Of a stretch of 64,000 nt of DNA, positions 1 through 13,068 are shown in pieces. Position numbers and translations under genes: made by a program. The stretch comes from Macrostomum lignano (Eukaryota). The DNA lies in contig NIVC01001405.1 of NCBI GenBank assembly GCA_002269645.1, positions 231,813-295,812 on the forward strand. The letters are read 5' to 3'. Position 1 is the first letter of the stretch. Every line of letters starts with the position of its first letter. The notes beneath the pieces are model-generated. The model made no database searches. It had not been told where the DNA came from and was given only the letters and a program-made list of their open reading frames with translations.

Positions 1-315
1 AAATTTGCTCTGTATTCTCTTCATTGATTATTGTGCTCACAGAGACCTGCAAGCTTGACTGTGAAACCGACACTCAACACGTACACAGTGCAATATTGTA
101 AATATATATTGGTTGATTTTTCCTATTCTTATCTTATTGAACAAGATTGAGTCACTTCAATATTTAAAACAATAACTTCACAGGGCTTCTATTGTCTTGG
201 TTCTTTTCGTGTACACAGGGATTGACATGCAGGAAACTGCAACGAGTTGCATGTACAGTTTCTGTACAATTACTCATCAGATAAGATTTGAGCTCGAGTC
301 CCAATAGAATCAGAT

Positions 316-2690
316 AATAGAGAGGCTAATGGGAAGAGTGGGAATAGAGAGGCTAATGAGAAGAGTGGGAATAGAGAGGCTAACGAGAAGAGTGGGAATA
401 GAGAGGCTAATGAGAAGAGTGGGAATAGAGAGGCTAATGGGAAGAGTGGGAATAGAGAGGCTAATGGAAAGAGTGGGAATAGAGAGGCTAATGGGAAGAG
501 TGGGAATAGAGATGCTAATGGAAAGAGTGGGAATAGAGAGGCTAATGAGAAGAGTGGGAATAGAGAGGCTAATGGAAAGAGTGGGAATAGAGATGCTAAT
601 GGAAAGAGTGGGAATAGAGAGGCTAATGAGAAGAGTGGGAATAGAGAGGCTAATGGGAAGAGTGGGAATAGAGAGGCTAATGGGAAGAATGGGAATAGAG
701 ATGCTAATGGAAAGAGTGGGAATAGAGAGGCTAATGAGAAGAGTGGGAATAGAGAGGCTAACGAGAAGAGTGGGAATAGAGAGGCTAATGAGAAGAGTGG
801 GAATAGAGAGGCTAATGGGAAGAGTGGGAATAGAGAGGCTAATGGAAAGAGTGGGAATAGAGAGGCTAATGGGAAGAGTGGGAATAGAGATGCTAATGGA
901 AAGAGTGGGAATAGAGAGGCTAATGAGAAGAGTGGGAATAGAGAGGCTAACGAGAAGAGTGGGAATAGAGAGGCTAATGAGAAGAGTGGGAATAGAGAGG
1001 CTAATGGGAAGAGTGGGAATAGAGAGGCTAATGGAAAGAGTGGGAATAGAGAGGCTAATGGGAAGAGTGGGAATAGAGATGCTAATGGAAAGAGTGGGAA
1101 TAGAGAGGCTAATGAGAAGAGTGGGAATAGAGAGGCTAATGAGAAGAGTGGGAATAGAGAGGCTAATGGGAAGAGTGGGAATAGAGATGCTAATGGAAAG
1201 AGTGGGAATAGAGAGGCTAATGAGAAGAGTGGGAATAGAGAGGCTAATGAGAAGAGTGGGAATAGAGAGGCTAATGAGAAGAGTGGGAATAGAGAGGCTA
1301 ATGGAAGAGTGGGAATAGAGAGGCTAATGGAAAGAGTGGGAATAGAGATGCTAATGGAAAGAGTGGGAATAGAGAGGCTAATGAGAAGAGTGGGAATAGA
1401 GAGGCTAATGAGAAGAGTGGGAATAGAGAGGCTAATGGGAAGAGTGGGAATAGAGAGGCTAATGAGAAGAGTGGGAATAGAGAGGCTAATGGGAAGAGTG
1501 GGAATAGAGAGGCTAATGGAAAGAGTGGGAATAGAGAGGCTAATGAGAAGAGTGGGAATAGAGAGGCTAATGAGAAGAGTGGGAATAGAGAGGCTAATGA
1601 GAAGAGTGGGAATAGAGAGGCTAATGGAAAGAGTGGGAATAGAGAGGCTAATGAGAAGAGTGGGAATAGAGAGTCTAATGGGAAGAATGGGAATAGAGAT
1701 GCTAATGGAAAGAGTGGGAATAGAGAGGCTAATGGAAAGAGTGGGAATAGAGAGGCTAATGAGAAGAGTGGGAATAGAGAGGCTAATGAGAAGAGTGGGA
1801 ATAGAGAGGCTAATGAGAAGAGTGGGAATAGAGAGGCTAATGGAAAGAGTGGGAATAGAGAGGCTAATGAGAAGAGTGGGAATAGAGATGCTAATGGAAA
1901 GAGTGGGAATAGAGATGCTAATGAGAAGAGTGGGAATAGAGAGGCTAATGAGAAGAGTGGGAATAGAGAGGCTAATGGGAAGAGTGGGAATAGAGAGGCT
2001 AATGGGAAGAGTGGGAATAGAGAGGCTAATGAGAAGAGTGGGAATAGAGAGGCTAATGGGAAGAGTGGGAATAGAGAGGCTAATGGAAAGAGTGGGAATA
2101 GAGAGGCTAATGGGAAGAGTGGGAATAGAGATGCTAATGGAAAGAGTGGGAATAGAGAGGCTAATGAGAAGAGTGGGAATAGAGAGGCTAATGAGAAGAG
2201 TGGGAATAGAGAGGCTAATGAGAAGAGTGGGAATAGAGAGGCTAATGGAAGAGTGGGAATAGAGATGCTAATGGAAAGAGTGGGAATAGAGAGGCTAATG
2301 AGAAGAGTGGGAATAGAGAGGCTAATGAGAAGAGTGGGAATAGAGAGGCTAATGAGAAGAGTGGGAATAGAGAGGCTAATGGAAAGAGTGGGAATAGAGA
2401 GGCTAATGGGAAGAGTGGGAATAGAGATGCTAATGGAAAGAGTGGGAATAGAGAGGCTAATGAGAAGAGTGGGAATAGAGAGGCTAATGAGAAGAGTGGG
2501 AATAGAGAGGCTAATGGGAAGAGTGGGAATAGAGAGGCTAATGAGAAGAGTGGGAATAGAGAGGCTAATGGGAAGAGTGGGAATAGAGAGGCTAATGGAA
2601 AGAGTGGGAATAGAGAGGCTAATGAGAAGAGTGGGAATAGAGAGGCTAATGGGAAGAGTGGGAATAGAGAGGCGAATGAGAAGAGTGTAG
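316..2690. repeat. 27-bp minisatellite (GGGAATAGAGAGGCTAATGAGAAGAGT and variants), roughly 88 units
   Basis: Unit read directly. The 9-aa period (RVGIERLMR) of the ORF track confirms 27 nt. Two 26-bp units near 1305 and 2250 shift the frame. Confidence 0.98.
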
Positions 2691-4529
2691 AAGGAGTAAG
2701 AGAGTTGTCCCGATAATTTTGATGCAGACCGGAAAACAAAATGCTGCTTCATTGTCAAAAGTCAATTTTTCAAGTAAAACGAAGATGCCCTTGCATAACT
2801 GTATGCAATTTCGGGCTTGTGTTACACAGCTAGCTATGCATGATTGTATTAGCCATAGCCCAGCCAGGCATAGCTTTGTTATAACTGGAATTTGAGTAAA
2901 ATTTGAGTCTAGCAACAACCTAATCAAGAAGCAAGCAGCCTACTAAAGCTTCTATTGTGTTTCACCGACCCTTTGCGGACCGCAGCCGAGCAGGCGCTGG
3001 CGAGGTGTGCACACTGCATCAATGAGTCAGCCCCCCACCCCTCAAGTTTTCTGCCTCTTTGGCTCTTTCATTTCATTCTCCGCCAGGCTTCTGTTCTTTG
3101 AGTCAAAATAGGCAGGGCTAAGTGAATGACAGGACCCCATATTAGTTAATATCTTTTGCTTGCTCTCAGAGGCCTCTCTCTACCAAGGAGAACCAGCAAC
3201 AATCCAAACAACTGTATAGGCTGACCCATGGACTCCTGCATGGATTCGTGCTTAAATATAGTCGTCCATGGCTGACCTCAGTTTTTCAGTTCATCATGGA
3301 GAGTTTCTGTCTGAACTCCGCTCATATGGACCTGGCTACGTTAGCAGAAGTTTAAAAGAAACTTATTGAATAAACAAGATTAAAAACATAATTAAAGAGC
3401 ACGACTGCGCGATGCAAACACTGCGAGTCAAAACTGAGAAATATATTGAAATTAGAACTCTACAAATGCCTACGAGTATTTTCCTTCCTTCTTGACAACT
3501 TAAAAAGCTTGCAAACTGCAATCTTTTGACGTATAGTTCGAAAACATGAAAATTTAGTGTGCTCAGAATTAACTTAGCAAAAGTTGACGCAGACGCTGGG
3601 TTGCGTGAACTGTGTGCTTGTATCCTCAGAATTTGCTCAGCGGGTAAACTGAAAACCTGCAGCAGCCTGTAGCTGTCTAGAGATGGCTTTGAGCACGAGT
3701 TGGTTCTGACCCTGCCTACCTGCCAACTGCTCTGCCAGCCCCTCCCAGAGCGGGCTGTAGCCTGTCGGAGCACGCTGTGTGCGCCCTGCTCGATGCCAAG
3801 ACAGAAGCTACAGAGCTCCACATTGCACCCACCTCAGCCCCTATTTCGCCAAGTGCTGAACAGCAACTGAGGCGTGTAGAATCGCATATAAACAGAAGAT
3901 TTTCTTTCTCACTGCGCCTGACGTCTGCCTGTCTTTCCATGTTTTCTTGCCAAAAAGACAGCCTCGTGCCTCGGGACTGAATTTCTAAATTTTATTCCAG
4001 TAAAAAACTGCTTAAGGTAAGTCTCGCATCTTAGACTATTGTAATCTGTTCAATAATTTTTTTGACGTTGGCTCGCTTTCGAGCGAGTAAGTTTTTCAAG
4101 TCGTAACAAAAAGTTTTTTCCAATTTTTCCAATAAATTATTTATCAATAGCTGGTTATATTGTCATTTGTCAAGCAAACTATATTAAAACTAGGGGTCAC
4201 AAAATCCCTTATTCTGTCAATCCCGGGATCCCTTGATTATTCCGGGATTGATATTTTCCAGTACCATCCTTGTCATAACATTGTTATAATGTCATGAAAA
4301 TGCTGCGACTGACATTTTTACAACGCTTACAGTTATGGTAGGAGCAAAAGGGGTAATGCTAGGCTGGTAATGTAATATATAACATTATAACAATGATGTT
4401 ATTATACTCGTAGTATATTAAATGTTATAGTAAGATACAAGATGTTAGAAATCTGCAAAGGTGTATTAAAGATGTTATATTAGGGTTTATTATTACGAGT
4501 ACAAGGCAGAGTTTTTGAATGCGCTGAGG

Positions 4530-4853
4530 TCATCCTTCAGCACTCGTCGTCCTCTGGGCCGCTGCCTTTTTTTCACAGGTAGAGGCGGTAGCCCTGTGGC
4601 GAGGGCCACGGCCTGATGGTGATGGCGGCCGTGTGCGGGCCGCCATCCCAGGGTGTCTTCCTGGGGACCAGGACAAGTCCCCAGTCTTGTCTTCGGCCGT
4701 TTGTGTGGCCACCGAGTAGCCGCCGTCGATATCCTGCTCGGCGACCTGTATTTGTGCGTCTTTTTTGACGCACTTCCTAACGTGGATGTTGACATCCACA
4801 AAGGGCTGTCCCGGTCGCCGAGCGTATGCCTCCATGGGAGTGTATGCGGCCAA
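4530..4853 (-). pseudogene. Family-A accessory ORF-A homologue, frameshifted
   Basis: MAAYTPMEAYARRPGQPFVDVNIHVRKCVKKDAQIQVAEQDIDGGYSVATQ matches 36569..36886. The C-terminal part (PWDGG...TIRPWPSPQGYRLYL) continues in another frame (track ORF 4573..4773). Confidence 0.8.
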
Positions 4854-5145
4854 TTTTAGGTGTATACTGAAATTAATTGTGGATATCTATTGGTTATTCT
4901 GTATTTAGGTTTGGCGTGCGTTCTCGTCTGTCCATCGTATCCCTTATTGGGCCTACTGTACATTGATTCATCATTCTGCGTACATGGGGTGGCGCGGGTG
5001 CAGGCGAGACGTGTGAGGTGGGGTTTTGAAACTGGGTTTGGGCTGCGCTCGCGTCCGGCGAGGGGTCCTTTCCTTCCTAATCTGACTGCGGCGCGGGAGA
5101 GAGGAGTCCTTTAAACAAAGTATTCAGTCCATTATCGTAATAGCT

Positions 5146-5388
5146 ATGTCTGAGTTCACAGTCCAACGACTGATGCGTATTATTAGTGAAATGGAGCGGC
5201 AACTGCGGGCCGTAGAGGGCCGGTCTCTAATTCTGGAACGCCGGCTGCTCAACCTGGAGTCACGGTCGGCAGCTCAGGACGGTGGACTTCGCGCTCTACG
5301 CGGTTGGTTGGGCGGAGTGGAAGGCGGTGGCCTTCTATTGTGCCTTCTTCTACTACTGTTGGTCTGCTGTGCGTTCCGCCGGCGCTAC
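5146..5388 (+). pseudogene. Family-A accessory ORF-B (coiled coil + TM), interrupted by the Harbinger; last codons at 9603-9620
   Basis: Removing 5389-9602 gives an 86-aa ORF ending ...GGGLLLCLLLLLLVCCAFRRRYHALPA*, colinear with 35991-36255. Confidence 0.8.
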
Positions 5389-5684
5389 AGCCTGGTTCAC
5401 ATTTACGCAAATAGCTGACGCTCACAGCTAATAGCTGATTTTCAGAAATCTACTAGCTCAGCGCGACCACTACTAGCGGGTGCTACTATCGGCCTCAAAT
5501 AGATGCATCGCCATGCAGTTCAATTTAACCCGCGAAGATAATAGGCAATATTTGACCCTTGGCCACTGTTACGAGTATATAAAGTAATTCAGTCTAGTGC
5601 TAGCCCTATCTGTGCTTCGGACAGGGCGTTTTCAATCTAAGAAATCTTGACCAGAAAGCCGTGACCAGCTTTCAGATTTCAAAC

Positions 5685-7001
5685 ATGCTTTCACGAGCCA
5701 AGAAGCTACTGCTACTGGCAATCGTAACGATACTGCAACATCGTAGGCTGATCAGGCAAGGCCGCCGCCCTAGGCGATGGTGGCGGAGACCGAGTCATCA
5801 ACGAAGAGAAGAGCTTGGCGAGTTTGCCGGATTGATCCCACATCTGCGAGATAGAGACTCGGAGATGTACTTCAAGTATATGCGCATGCGCCCGGCTCGG
5901 TTTGAGCATCTGCTTTCACTGGTTGCAACCAAACTCTCCAGGCCATGTGCAAGAAGAGAGGCCGTTCCGGCAGAGGAGAAGCTAATGATGACGCTTTGCT
6001 ACCTGGCTTCGGGTTGCAGCCAAGCCGACTTGTCGTTTCGATTTGGCCGAGGACGCTCTACTGTGTCAGGGGTCGTGTTCGAGACTGCGATTGCCATCTA
6101 CGACAAGCTGGCGTCAACATATCTACAGTTTCCTGCATCTGCAGAAGAATGGAAAGCAATCGCTGGTGGATTCTGGGAAAAGTGGCATTTTCCGAACTGC
6201 CTCGGTGCAATTGACGGCAAGCATTTCAAGGTTCATTGTCCAAGAAACACCGGCTCCCAGTACTTCAATTACAAGCAACAGTTCAGCTCACTGGTACTCG
6301 CCATGTGCGACAGTAACTACATCTTCACGTACATAGAGAGTGGCAGCGCAGGGAGAGAATGAGACGCTGGAGTCTTCTCACGTTCAGCCTTGTACGCTGG
6401 ATTGGAGTCTGGATCGGTGAAAGTCCCGGAGCCTTCCTGCATTTCTGGCAGCAGCCTCGTCATGCCATTTGCAATTGTCGGTGATGAGGCTTTCCCGCTG
6501 AAGAATTATCTCATGCGCCCATTCCCTGGGCGCGGCGGAATGGTACCATTGGACTGCAAGACGCAAGTGTTCAACTAACGGCTGTCTCGAGCAAGACGCA
6601 CAATTGAGAATGCGTTTGGAATCCTGGTGACTCGCTGGCGACTCTTCCTGCGGCCTGTCATAGCGAGAATCGATCACGTTGAGGCCTTTATTCGGTGCGC
6701 ATTCGTACTGCATAACTTCATGCGAATAGAGGACGAGGCCAACATTACAGCAGCTCGGTCCTACATGCCACCTGGAAGTGTTGACCAGGAACTGCCCACC
6801 GGCCAGGTACAGGAGGGTTCATGGAGATCCACCGTGACAGGCAGCGTCGGGGTAATGCCAGCCCGGAATCTGGGTGGAAATCGAAGCAGCGCCTCCGCTC
6901 GGGAGCAACAGATGCTGCTGAGGGACTTCTTCGTCAGCCCCAATGGTGCCATTCCATGGCAGAGCGCAATAATACATGTACCTACTGATGATAATCGATA
7001 A
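5685..7001 (+). pseudogene. Harbinger DDE transposase with two in-frame stops (6360-6362 TGA, 6576-6578 TAA)
   Basis: Motifs YMRM, GAIDGKH, GDEAFPL, FN*RLSRARRTIENAFG, LHNF. The three track ORFs are in the same frame. Confidence 0.93.
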
Positions 7002-7331
7002 TACTGTTGACGAATCATTAATTTATTCCGCATGTTTATTTCGCATACAGAACGTTAATTTATGAGCTAATTTTGTGGAAATTTCAAACAAGGCGGTGAG
7101 AAAGTACAATGCTGCAGCAGAAAGTAATCCAAACTCGTAAATAAGTTGACAAGACTGTGGAGACAATATTTTCAACATATTCATTTATGATTTCATTATA
7201 TTTTCTGTCTCTCTCGATCTCTGCACTTGCTCTCTGACACGCACAATGCAATCTGGTCATGAAAAAAGGGAAAAAAGATTTGCTTCTAGTTTGCAAAATA
7301 TTGCACTCTATCGCTTTTATCTCACGCACTT

Positions 7332-8110
7332 CTAGGAGTCATTGGGAGGTGTGACCGTGGATATGATGGAGCCGAGCATGTCGTCGAAGGAAACTGATCC
7401 AGCAGCGGCATCAGCGGCAGGCTCAGTTCGGATGGCAACGCTTCGGGGCAGGCCGTGGAGTTGGATTGTGAACAACTCGCTCCGCAGGTGCGCCATGGCA
7501 TAGTCGCGCTCAATTTGCGTTGGAAGCCGACGGATGGCCTGTCCAATTGCTTGGCCAAAGGAGGCATATTCGTCCTCATCTTTTGTCAGTTGCTGAGTCA
7601 ACTGGCTGAGGGCAGTATCCAGCTTTGATGCTTCTGTTGCAGTTGCCTTTCTGGCCTTCTTTGGCGCACTTTCCGCAAACTCTCGCATTGACGCCTCACT
7701 GGGGTCAGTTGTTGCAGCCTGTGCCTCTGCTCGACTGGACTGTTGCGCCTCATCATTGACCGAGGTTGCCTGCTGAGAGGGTCCAGCAGATCCCACAGCT
7801 ACAAGTTCTGGTGTGGGCGGAGGCACATTTGAGGTAGTATCGCCAATGTATTCACACTTGTCCAGGAAGTTCATGCGACTGTATATTCCCAACCGCCTGG
7901 GAGTAGGCTTGACCGCACTCCCACTCGGAAGCTTGCTTCCACGCCGGAAAACAAAGTAGTCACGCTTGAGACCTTGAAACCGCTTGAGGCACCAAGTTGC
8001 ATCCTTGATTCCATGCGCTGGTTTTCGCCTGCTGATCCTTGAATTTTCGGCTTGAGATGTTGTAGACAACTTCATGTTTGGCAACTTCATCTATCAGAGT
8101 TGCATCCAAC
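7332..8110 (-). pseudogene. Harbinger partner protein, MADF/Myb-SANT N-terminus plus BESS-like C-terminus; frame break near 8010
   Basis: LIDEVAKHEVVYNISSRKFKDQQAKTSAW in one frame, then WCLKRFQGLKRDY...PSGSA...MNFL and DEDEYASFGQAIGQAIRRLP in the track ORF. The position is typical for Harbinger. Confidence 0.8.
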
Positions 8111-8524
8111 TCCGGAGTCTCGTGTGACAAGTCGGACATTTCCAGGTATCAAGTTGTGTGGAGTTTGGGGTGAAGAATAGAGCATGGTTCTATTCGTTTC
8201 ATATAGCCTCCAGCTGTGCTCCTGTCTGGTTGCGCAAGAAATTGTCTGTACTCATTGTACAGTGAGCAGTGAGCAATGACACAATCGTTTAAATTTACTG
8301 TACGCCTACCCCTGCCATCCATGCTGCAGAAGCGGACAACTCAAAGCAAGGAGTTGTGAGTGTTTATGTGAATGGGGTGCATTTCGGTTTCGTTTGCCAT
8401 GCATAAAATTGAAAGTTATATTGTCCTTTCTAGTTCTAATGAATAGAACCAAATAAAATCACTATTAGAGTCCACCAGGAGCGGCGGACTTTCGGATAGT
8501 AGAGCTGCGCACGGATAGTAGCGT

Positions 8525-9518
8525 TGAAGAGTTGATTCGGGAGGTGATCAGTCTCCCGAAAACTCCCACTTCCAGACACTTAAGCCTGGGAACAAAATAA
8601 AGTGATCACTTACTGTTGCGGGCTCCTCTTCTGTGTAGTGCAGGTTCTCCGAGCTCGTTTCTTCAAATCTTCTTCTTCTCCGGAGGAATCTTCTTGAAGT
8701 CTTGAATCGGCCGAATGAGAGCGTGACGATCAAATCAGGCGACGTCGCAGTATTTCTCGAATGCAAATCAATATAGGCCTTAAGCTCAGTAATCAATATC
8801 ACCGATGCGCCCTTGTAATAAAATCAACTTTCTGTAATAATCACGAGGACCTCCAAGAGGGGCGTCTTCTTCTAGATCTAACGGAATCGGAGTCGTGTGA
8901 TCCTATCAGTTAATCTAGGATAACCAAAATCAATCAATCGATAATCCTCTAAGGGTATCGGAATCGGTCCGCAGATCCTATCCAATCCCTTAGGAAAATG
9001 GGAGGCCTCAAATTCAATGAAATCAGTCCAAACGACTGGACAGTAGCGGCCGGCAATAAATCGCTCTCAAAATCAATAACAAAGGCTCGAGCAACGGCTC
9101 ACCAATTGGTTTAGCTCTCTCTCAGAGATGTAGCCTCGCTTAGCTGTTCCAGCAAGCTCCAAGATCTTTAGAGGCTGCTCCGAGTCCCAAGATCTTTTGA
9201 GGCTGCTCCGAGTCTGAGATTTTTAGCTCGGATTTTGGCTTGTATTTATAGGAAAAATTGTTGAGAAACAGCTTATTTTTAGTAGGTGACAGTTTCGCGC
9301 TTTGGAAATTTGACCCCTATGGAATACATTAGCTTTGAGCGCCGATACCATATTCGGAGTTCTAAATTTAAATGTTGCAAAAGATGGTCACTTGTTGTTT
9401 TCGTGGTCTTTAAAAATAGAGTATGACAATTTGCAGTTTTTGTAACATTCGAGTTTTTCGCATCTTCATGTTGCTACTTATAGTAGTCTACTTTGTATCT
9501 TATTTGGAGATCTCTACA
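8525..9518 (-). mobile_element. Family-B solo LTR inserted in the Harbinger
   Basis: TGTAGAGA...CTCTTCA on the minus strand, 994 bp. Flanks GCGT/CCGT match 3 of 4. TATAAATA on the minus strand at 9243-9250. Confidence 0.85.
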
Positions 9519-10152
9519 CCGTTCGCAATCAGCTGGTAGCGGCGGCGAACAACTATTAGTTTGAAGCACGGAGCTATTTGCGGAAATGTGAACCAGGCTT
9601 ACCATGCCCTGCCTGCCTAATGAGCTACGTAATTGGATAAATAATGGGAATTTCAACATTGACTTTTACCTATGACGTCTCCTTTTTATTATAGTTCGGT
9701 TTCTGTTTGTGAATAAATAATATAAATATCAGGTTGTTCCTACGGAAGTGTAATCGAACGTGTGAGAAAGTCTTTTATAGTGCATAGTCGTTAACATTTT
9801 TTAAATACGTAGCATAGGAACTATAGTGGGAAGCATAGCAAAATTCAGGCATAACGTCGCTAGCATTGGGCTTCGGTTTATGAACGCGATTGTGTTCTAG
9901 TGGGTTAGGGTTAGTGTGTACGTTGCTAGGTTATATAGCGTTGTGGCTGGCTTAAAAATTCACTTTCATTTGGTCTAGTCTTATCACAAGAGTAGACCGC
10001 CACACTACTACTCACAAGAGTAGTTATATGAATTAACACACAGAGGGCACGCATGGTCTGCGTGGCTGTTTTTGTGCAGGCAAATGGGTGGGTCTAACAT
10101 TAAATATCTATGATAAGTTTGTAATAGCATATCAGCGTTTTGAACGCTGATA

Positions 10153-10780
10153 CCAATGGAGTGTCGGTCACAAATTTCCATACCATTGCCGCAGCAACCC
10201 GATATTTAAGTCATTAATACTGCGAAACACAGCAGACGGTGACGCCAGGAGATGCCAATGGAGTGTCGGGCACAAATTTCCATACCATTGCCGCAGCAAC
10301 CCGATATTTAAGTCATTAATACTGCGAAACACAGCAGACGGTGACGCCAGGAGATGCCAATGGAATGTCGGTCACAAATTTCCATACCATTGCCGCAGCA
10401 ACCCGATATTTAAGTAATTAATACTGCGAAACACAGCAGACGGTGACGCCAGGAGATGCCAATGGAGTGTCGGTCACAAATTTCCATACCATTGCCGCAG
10501 CAACCCGATATTTAAGTCATTAATACTGCGAAACACAGCAGACGGTGACGCCAGGAGATGCCAATGGAGTGTCGGGCACAAATTTCCATACCATTGCCGC
10601 AGCAACCCGATATTTAAGTCATTAATACTGCGAAACACAGCAGACGGTGACGCCAGGAGATACCAAATGGAGTGTCGGTCACAAATTTCCATACCATTGC
10701 CGCAGCAACCCGATATTTAAGTCATTAATACTGCGAAACACAGCAGACGGTAACGCCGGAGATGCCAATGGAGTGTCGGT
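10153..10780. repeat. 102-bp tandem repeat, six copies plus a partial unit
   Basis: CCAATGGAGTGTCGG recurs at 10153, 10255, 10357, 10459, 10561, ~10663 and ~10765. Confidence 0.95.
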
Positions 10781-11276
10781 CCAGTCTGATCTAAAAAAAG
10801 CATTTCTGCCAATTAGGAATTCCAAACAGCTAACCGCGATGTTTGATTTTGCCCTGGTTCTCTGCAAAATCATTTAGCGAGATGCGAATACGTGTTTCTA
10901 AACTTCAAGTTAAAGCCGCTCTTGGGCATGTCTTTATTTATAATACAATATTAAATCTTTTTTGTTCGCCTGCCGCTGTAAGGGGTGGATGGCGCGTTAT
11001 TAGCAACGGCAGGACTTTACCACAACACTTGGGTGGCACGTTTTTCCGGTTCTTAAAACTGGACAGGCAGGTTACTACGTGGGCGAGGTTAAACTACTCG
11101 GGCATGGTTGCTTAGCCTTGGTTGCGTTGGAGCGATTCGGGGAGGTCCTGGTCTCGAGTCCGTTTACTATACTGCTGTAAAGCAATTGAAATGAGCTACA
11201 AAAATACTGCTGAATTCGCTTTAGAGGGCGTATAGAGGGCGACATGGGCGACATGGGCAGAGAGAGAAAGAAATAC

Positions 11277-12244
11277 TGAAGAGTTTAATCGAGTGGTGAT
11301 CAGTCACCAAAAAACTCCCACTTCCAGACCCTAAGCCTGGGAACAGAATTTAGTGCTTACTGTTGCGGGCTCCTCTTCTTTGTCGTGCGTGTCTGTTGAG
11401 TTCGCGTGTCTGTAGAGCTGTTCCTCCCGGGGTAGTCTTCTTGAAGTCTAAAATCGGCCGAAGGTGAGAGCGTAACAATTTAATCCGTCGACGTCGCAGT
11501 ATTCCTCAAATGCAGAAATCAATATAGGCCTCAGATTCAGAAATCAATATCAACGATGCGCCCTAATAACAGAGTCAACTTTCTATAACAATGACGAGGT
11601 CCTCCAAAAAAGGGCGTCTTCCTCTAGGAATAACGGAATCGGAGTCGTGTGCTCCTATCGGCTACTCTAGTATAATCCAAATCAATCAATCAATAATCCT
11701 CTAAGTGTATCGGAATCGGTCCGCAGATCCTATCCAATCCCTTAGGAAAATGGGAGGCCTCAAATTCAATGAACTCAGTTAAATCAACTGATCAGTAACG
11801 ACCGGCAATAAAATCGCTCTCAGTAATCCAAATAACAAAGGCTCGAACAAAGGCTCACCAATTGGTTTGCTTCTCCCTCAGAGATGTAGCCTCAAGTAGC
11901 TTCTACGGTAAGCTCAAGGTGTTTTGAGGCTGCTCCGTGTCTGTGATTTTTAGCTCGGATTTTGGCTTGTATTTATAGGAAAACTTCGTGAAAACAGATT
12001 ATTTTTAGTAGGTGACAGTTTCGCGTTTTGGAAATTTGACCCCTATGGAATGCATTAGGTTTGAGCCTCGAATACTATGTTCAGAGTTCTAAATTTAAAT
12101 GTTGCAAAAGATGGTCATTTGTTGCTTTCGTGGTTTTAAAAATAGAGTATGACAATTTGCAGTTTTTAGCATTCAAGTTTTTTCGCATCTTTACGTTACT
12201 ACTTGTAGTACTTTACTTTGTACTGTATTTTGGAGATCTTTACA
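11277..12244 (-). mobile_element. Family-B LTR (solo)
   Basis: Colinear with 8525-9518 and has the same TGAAGAG/TACA ends on the + strand. No clear TSD. Confidence 0.85.
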
Positions 12245-12256
12245 ATTTCTCGTATT

Positions 12257-12441
12257 AAAATGGAAAACAAAAAGGATATACTGAACCTATATGAGGACAA
12301 ATCTTTTAGCTTTTTAGAAAAGAAGGAAGACTATATTAAAATTTCGCCAACACCAGGTAGCACTAAAAACCTCAATGTTGCAGGAGGTCAAATAGTCCAT
12401 GAAGTCAATTCCACAGAGTCGTACATTCTCTTGTCAGAGGC
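12257..12441 (+). pseudogene. N-terminal fragment resembling a Polinton major capsid protein, truncated by an LTR
   Basis: MENKKDILNLYEDKSFSFLEKKEDYIKISPTPGSTKNLNVAGGQIVHEVNSTESYILLSEA resembles the Y.I.P..G..NLN..G.I.F start of Maverick MCPs. The start context is TTAAAATG. Recognition by eye only. Confidence 0.5.
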
Positions 12442-13068
12442 TGAAGAGTTTGATCGGGTGGTGATCAGTCACCCGAAAACTCCCACTTCCAGACGTTAAG
12501 CCTGGGAACAAAATTCAGTGATCACTTACCGGTGCGGGCTCCTCTCTTCTTTGTCGGGCAGGTTCTCCGAGCTTGTTTCTTTAAATCTTCTGCCTCCGGA
12601 GTAGTCTTCTTGAACTCTAAAATCGGCCGAATTTGAGAGCGTAAGAATTTAATCCGTCGACGTTGAAGTATTCCTCGGGTGCAGAAATCAATATGTTCCT
12701 CGAGTGCAGAAATCAATATGTTCCTCGAGTGCAGAAATCAATATGTTCCTCGAGTGCAGAAATCAATGTATTCCTCGGGTGCAGAAATCAATATGTTCCT
12801 CGGGTGCAGAAATCAATATGTTCCTCGAGTGCAGAAATCAATATGTTCCTCGGGTGCAGAAATCAATATGTTCCTCGGGTGCAGAAATCAATATGTTCCT
12901 CGAGTGCAGAAATCAATATGTTCCTCGGGTGCAGAAATCAATATGTTCCTCGGGTGCAGAAATCAATATGTTCCTCGAGTGCAGAAATCAATATGTTCCT
13001 CAAGTGCAGAAGTCCGAGATGCGCCCTAATAACAAAGTCAACTCTATAACAATGAAGAGGTCCTCCAG
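12442..13068 (-). mobile_element. Truncated family-B LTR containing ~14 copies of the 25-bp repeat (12670-13010)
   Basis: Colinear with other B LTRs up to GTCCTCCAG. Array unit TTCCTCG(A/G)GTGCAGAAATCAATATG. Confidence 0.88.

Larger units (their letters stand above)
4430..5388 (-). mobile_element. Diverged family-A 3' region fragment (copy A3), continuing at ~9603-10000 beyond the Harbinger
   Basis: Carries homologues of the two accessory ORFs at 35991-36886 in the same divergent layout. The sequence before ORF-A resembles 15575-15600. Confidence 0.8.
5389..9599 (+). mobile_element. PIF/Harbinger DNA transposon, full length but inactivated
   Basis: 28-bp TIRs AGCCTGGTTCACATTT(A/C)CGCAAATAGCT at 5389-5416 and 9572-9599 (1 mismatch). 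3-bp TSD TAC at 5386-5388 and 9600-9602. Transposase and MADF gene are convergent. Confidence 0.93.

Noticed and set aside
329-2758. Long ORFs of 145-486 aa (RVGIERLM / LASLFPLF repeats)
   Set aside because: They are translations of a stop-free 27-bp minisatellite, open on both strands, with no unique coding context.
2700-4430. Short ORFs (3363-3980) as a possible host gene
   Set aside because: No recognisable domain, stops in the most plausible frame, and no convincing exon structure.
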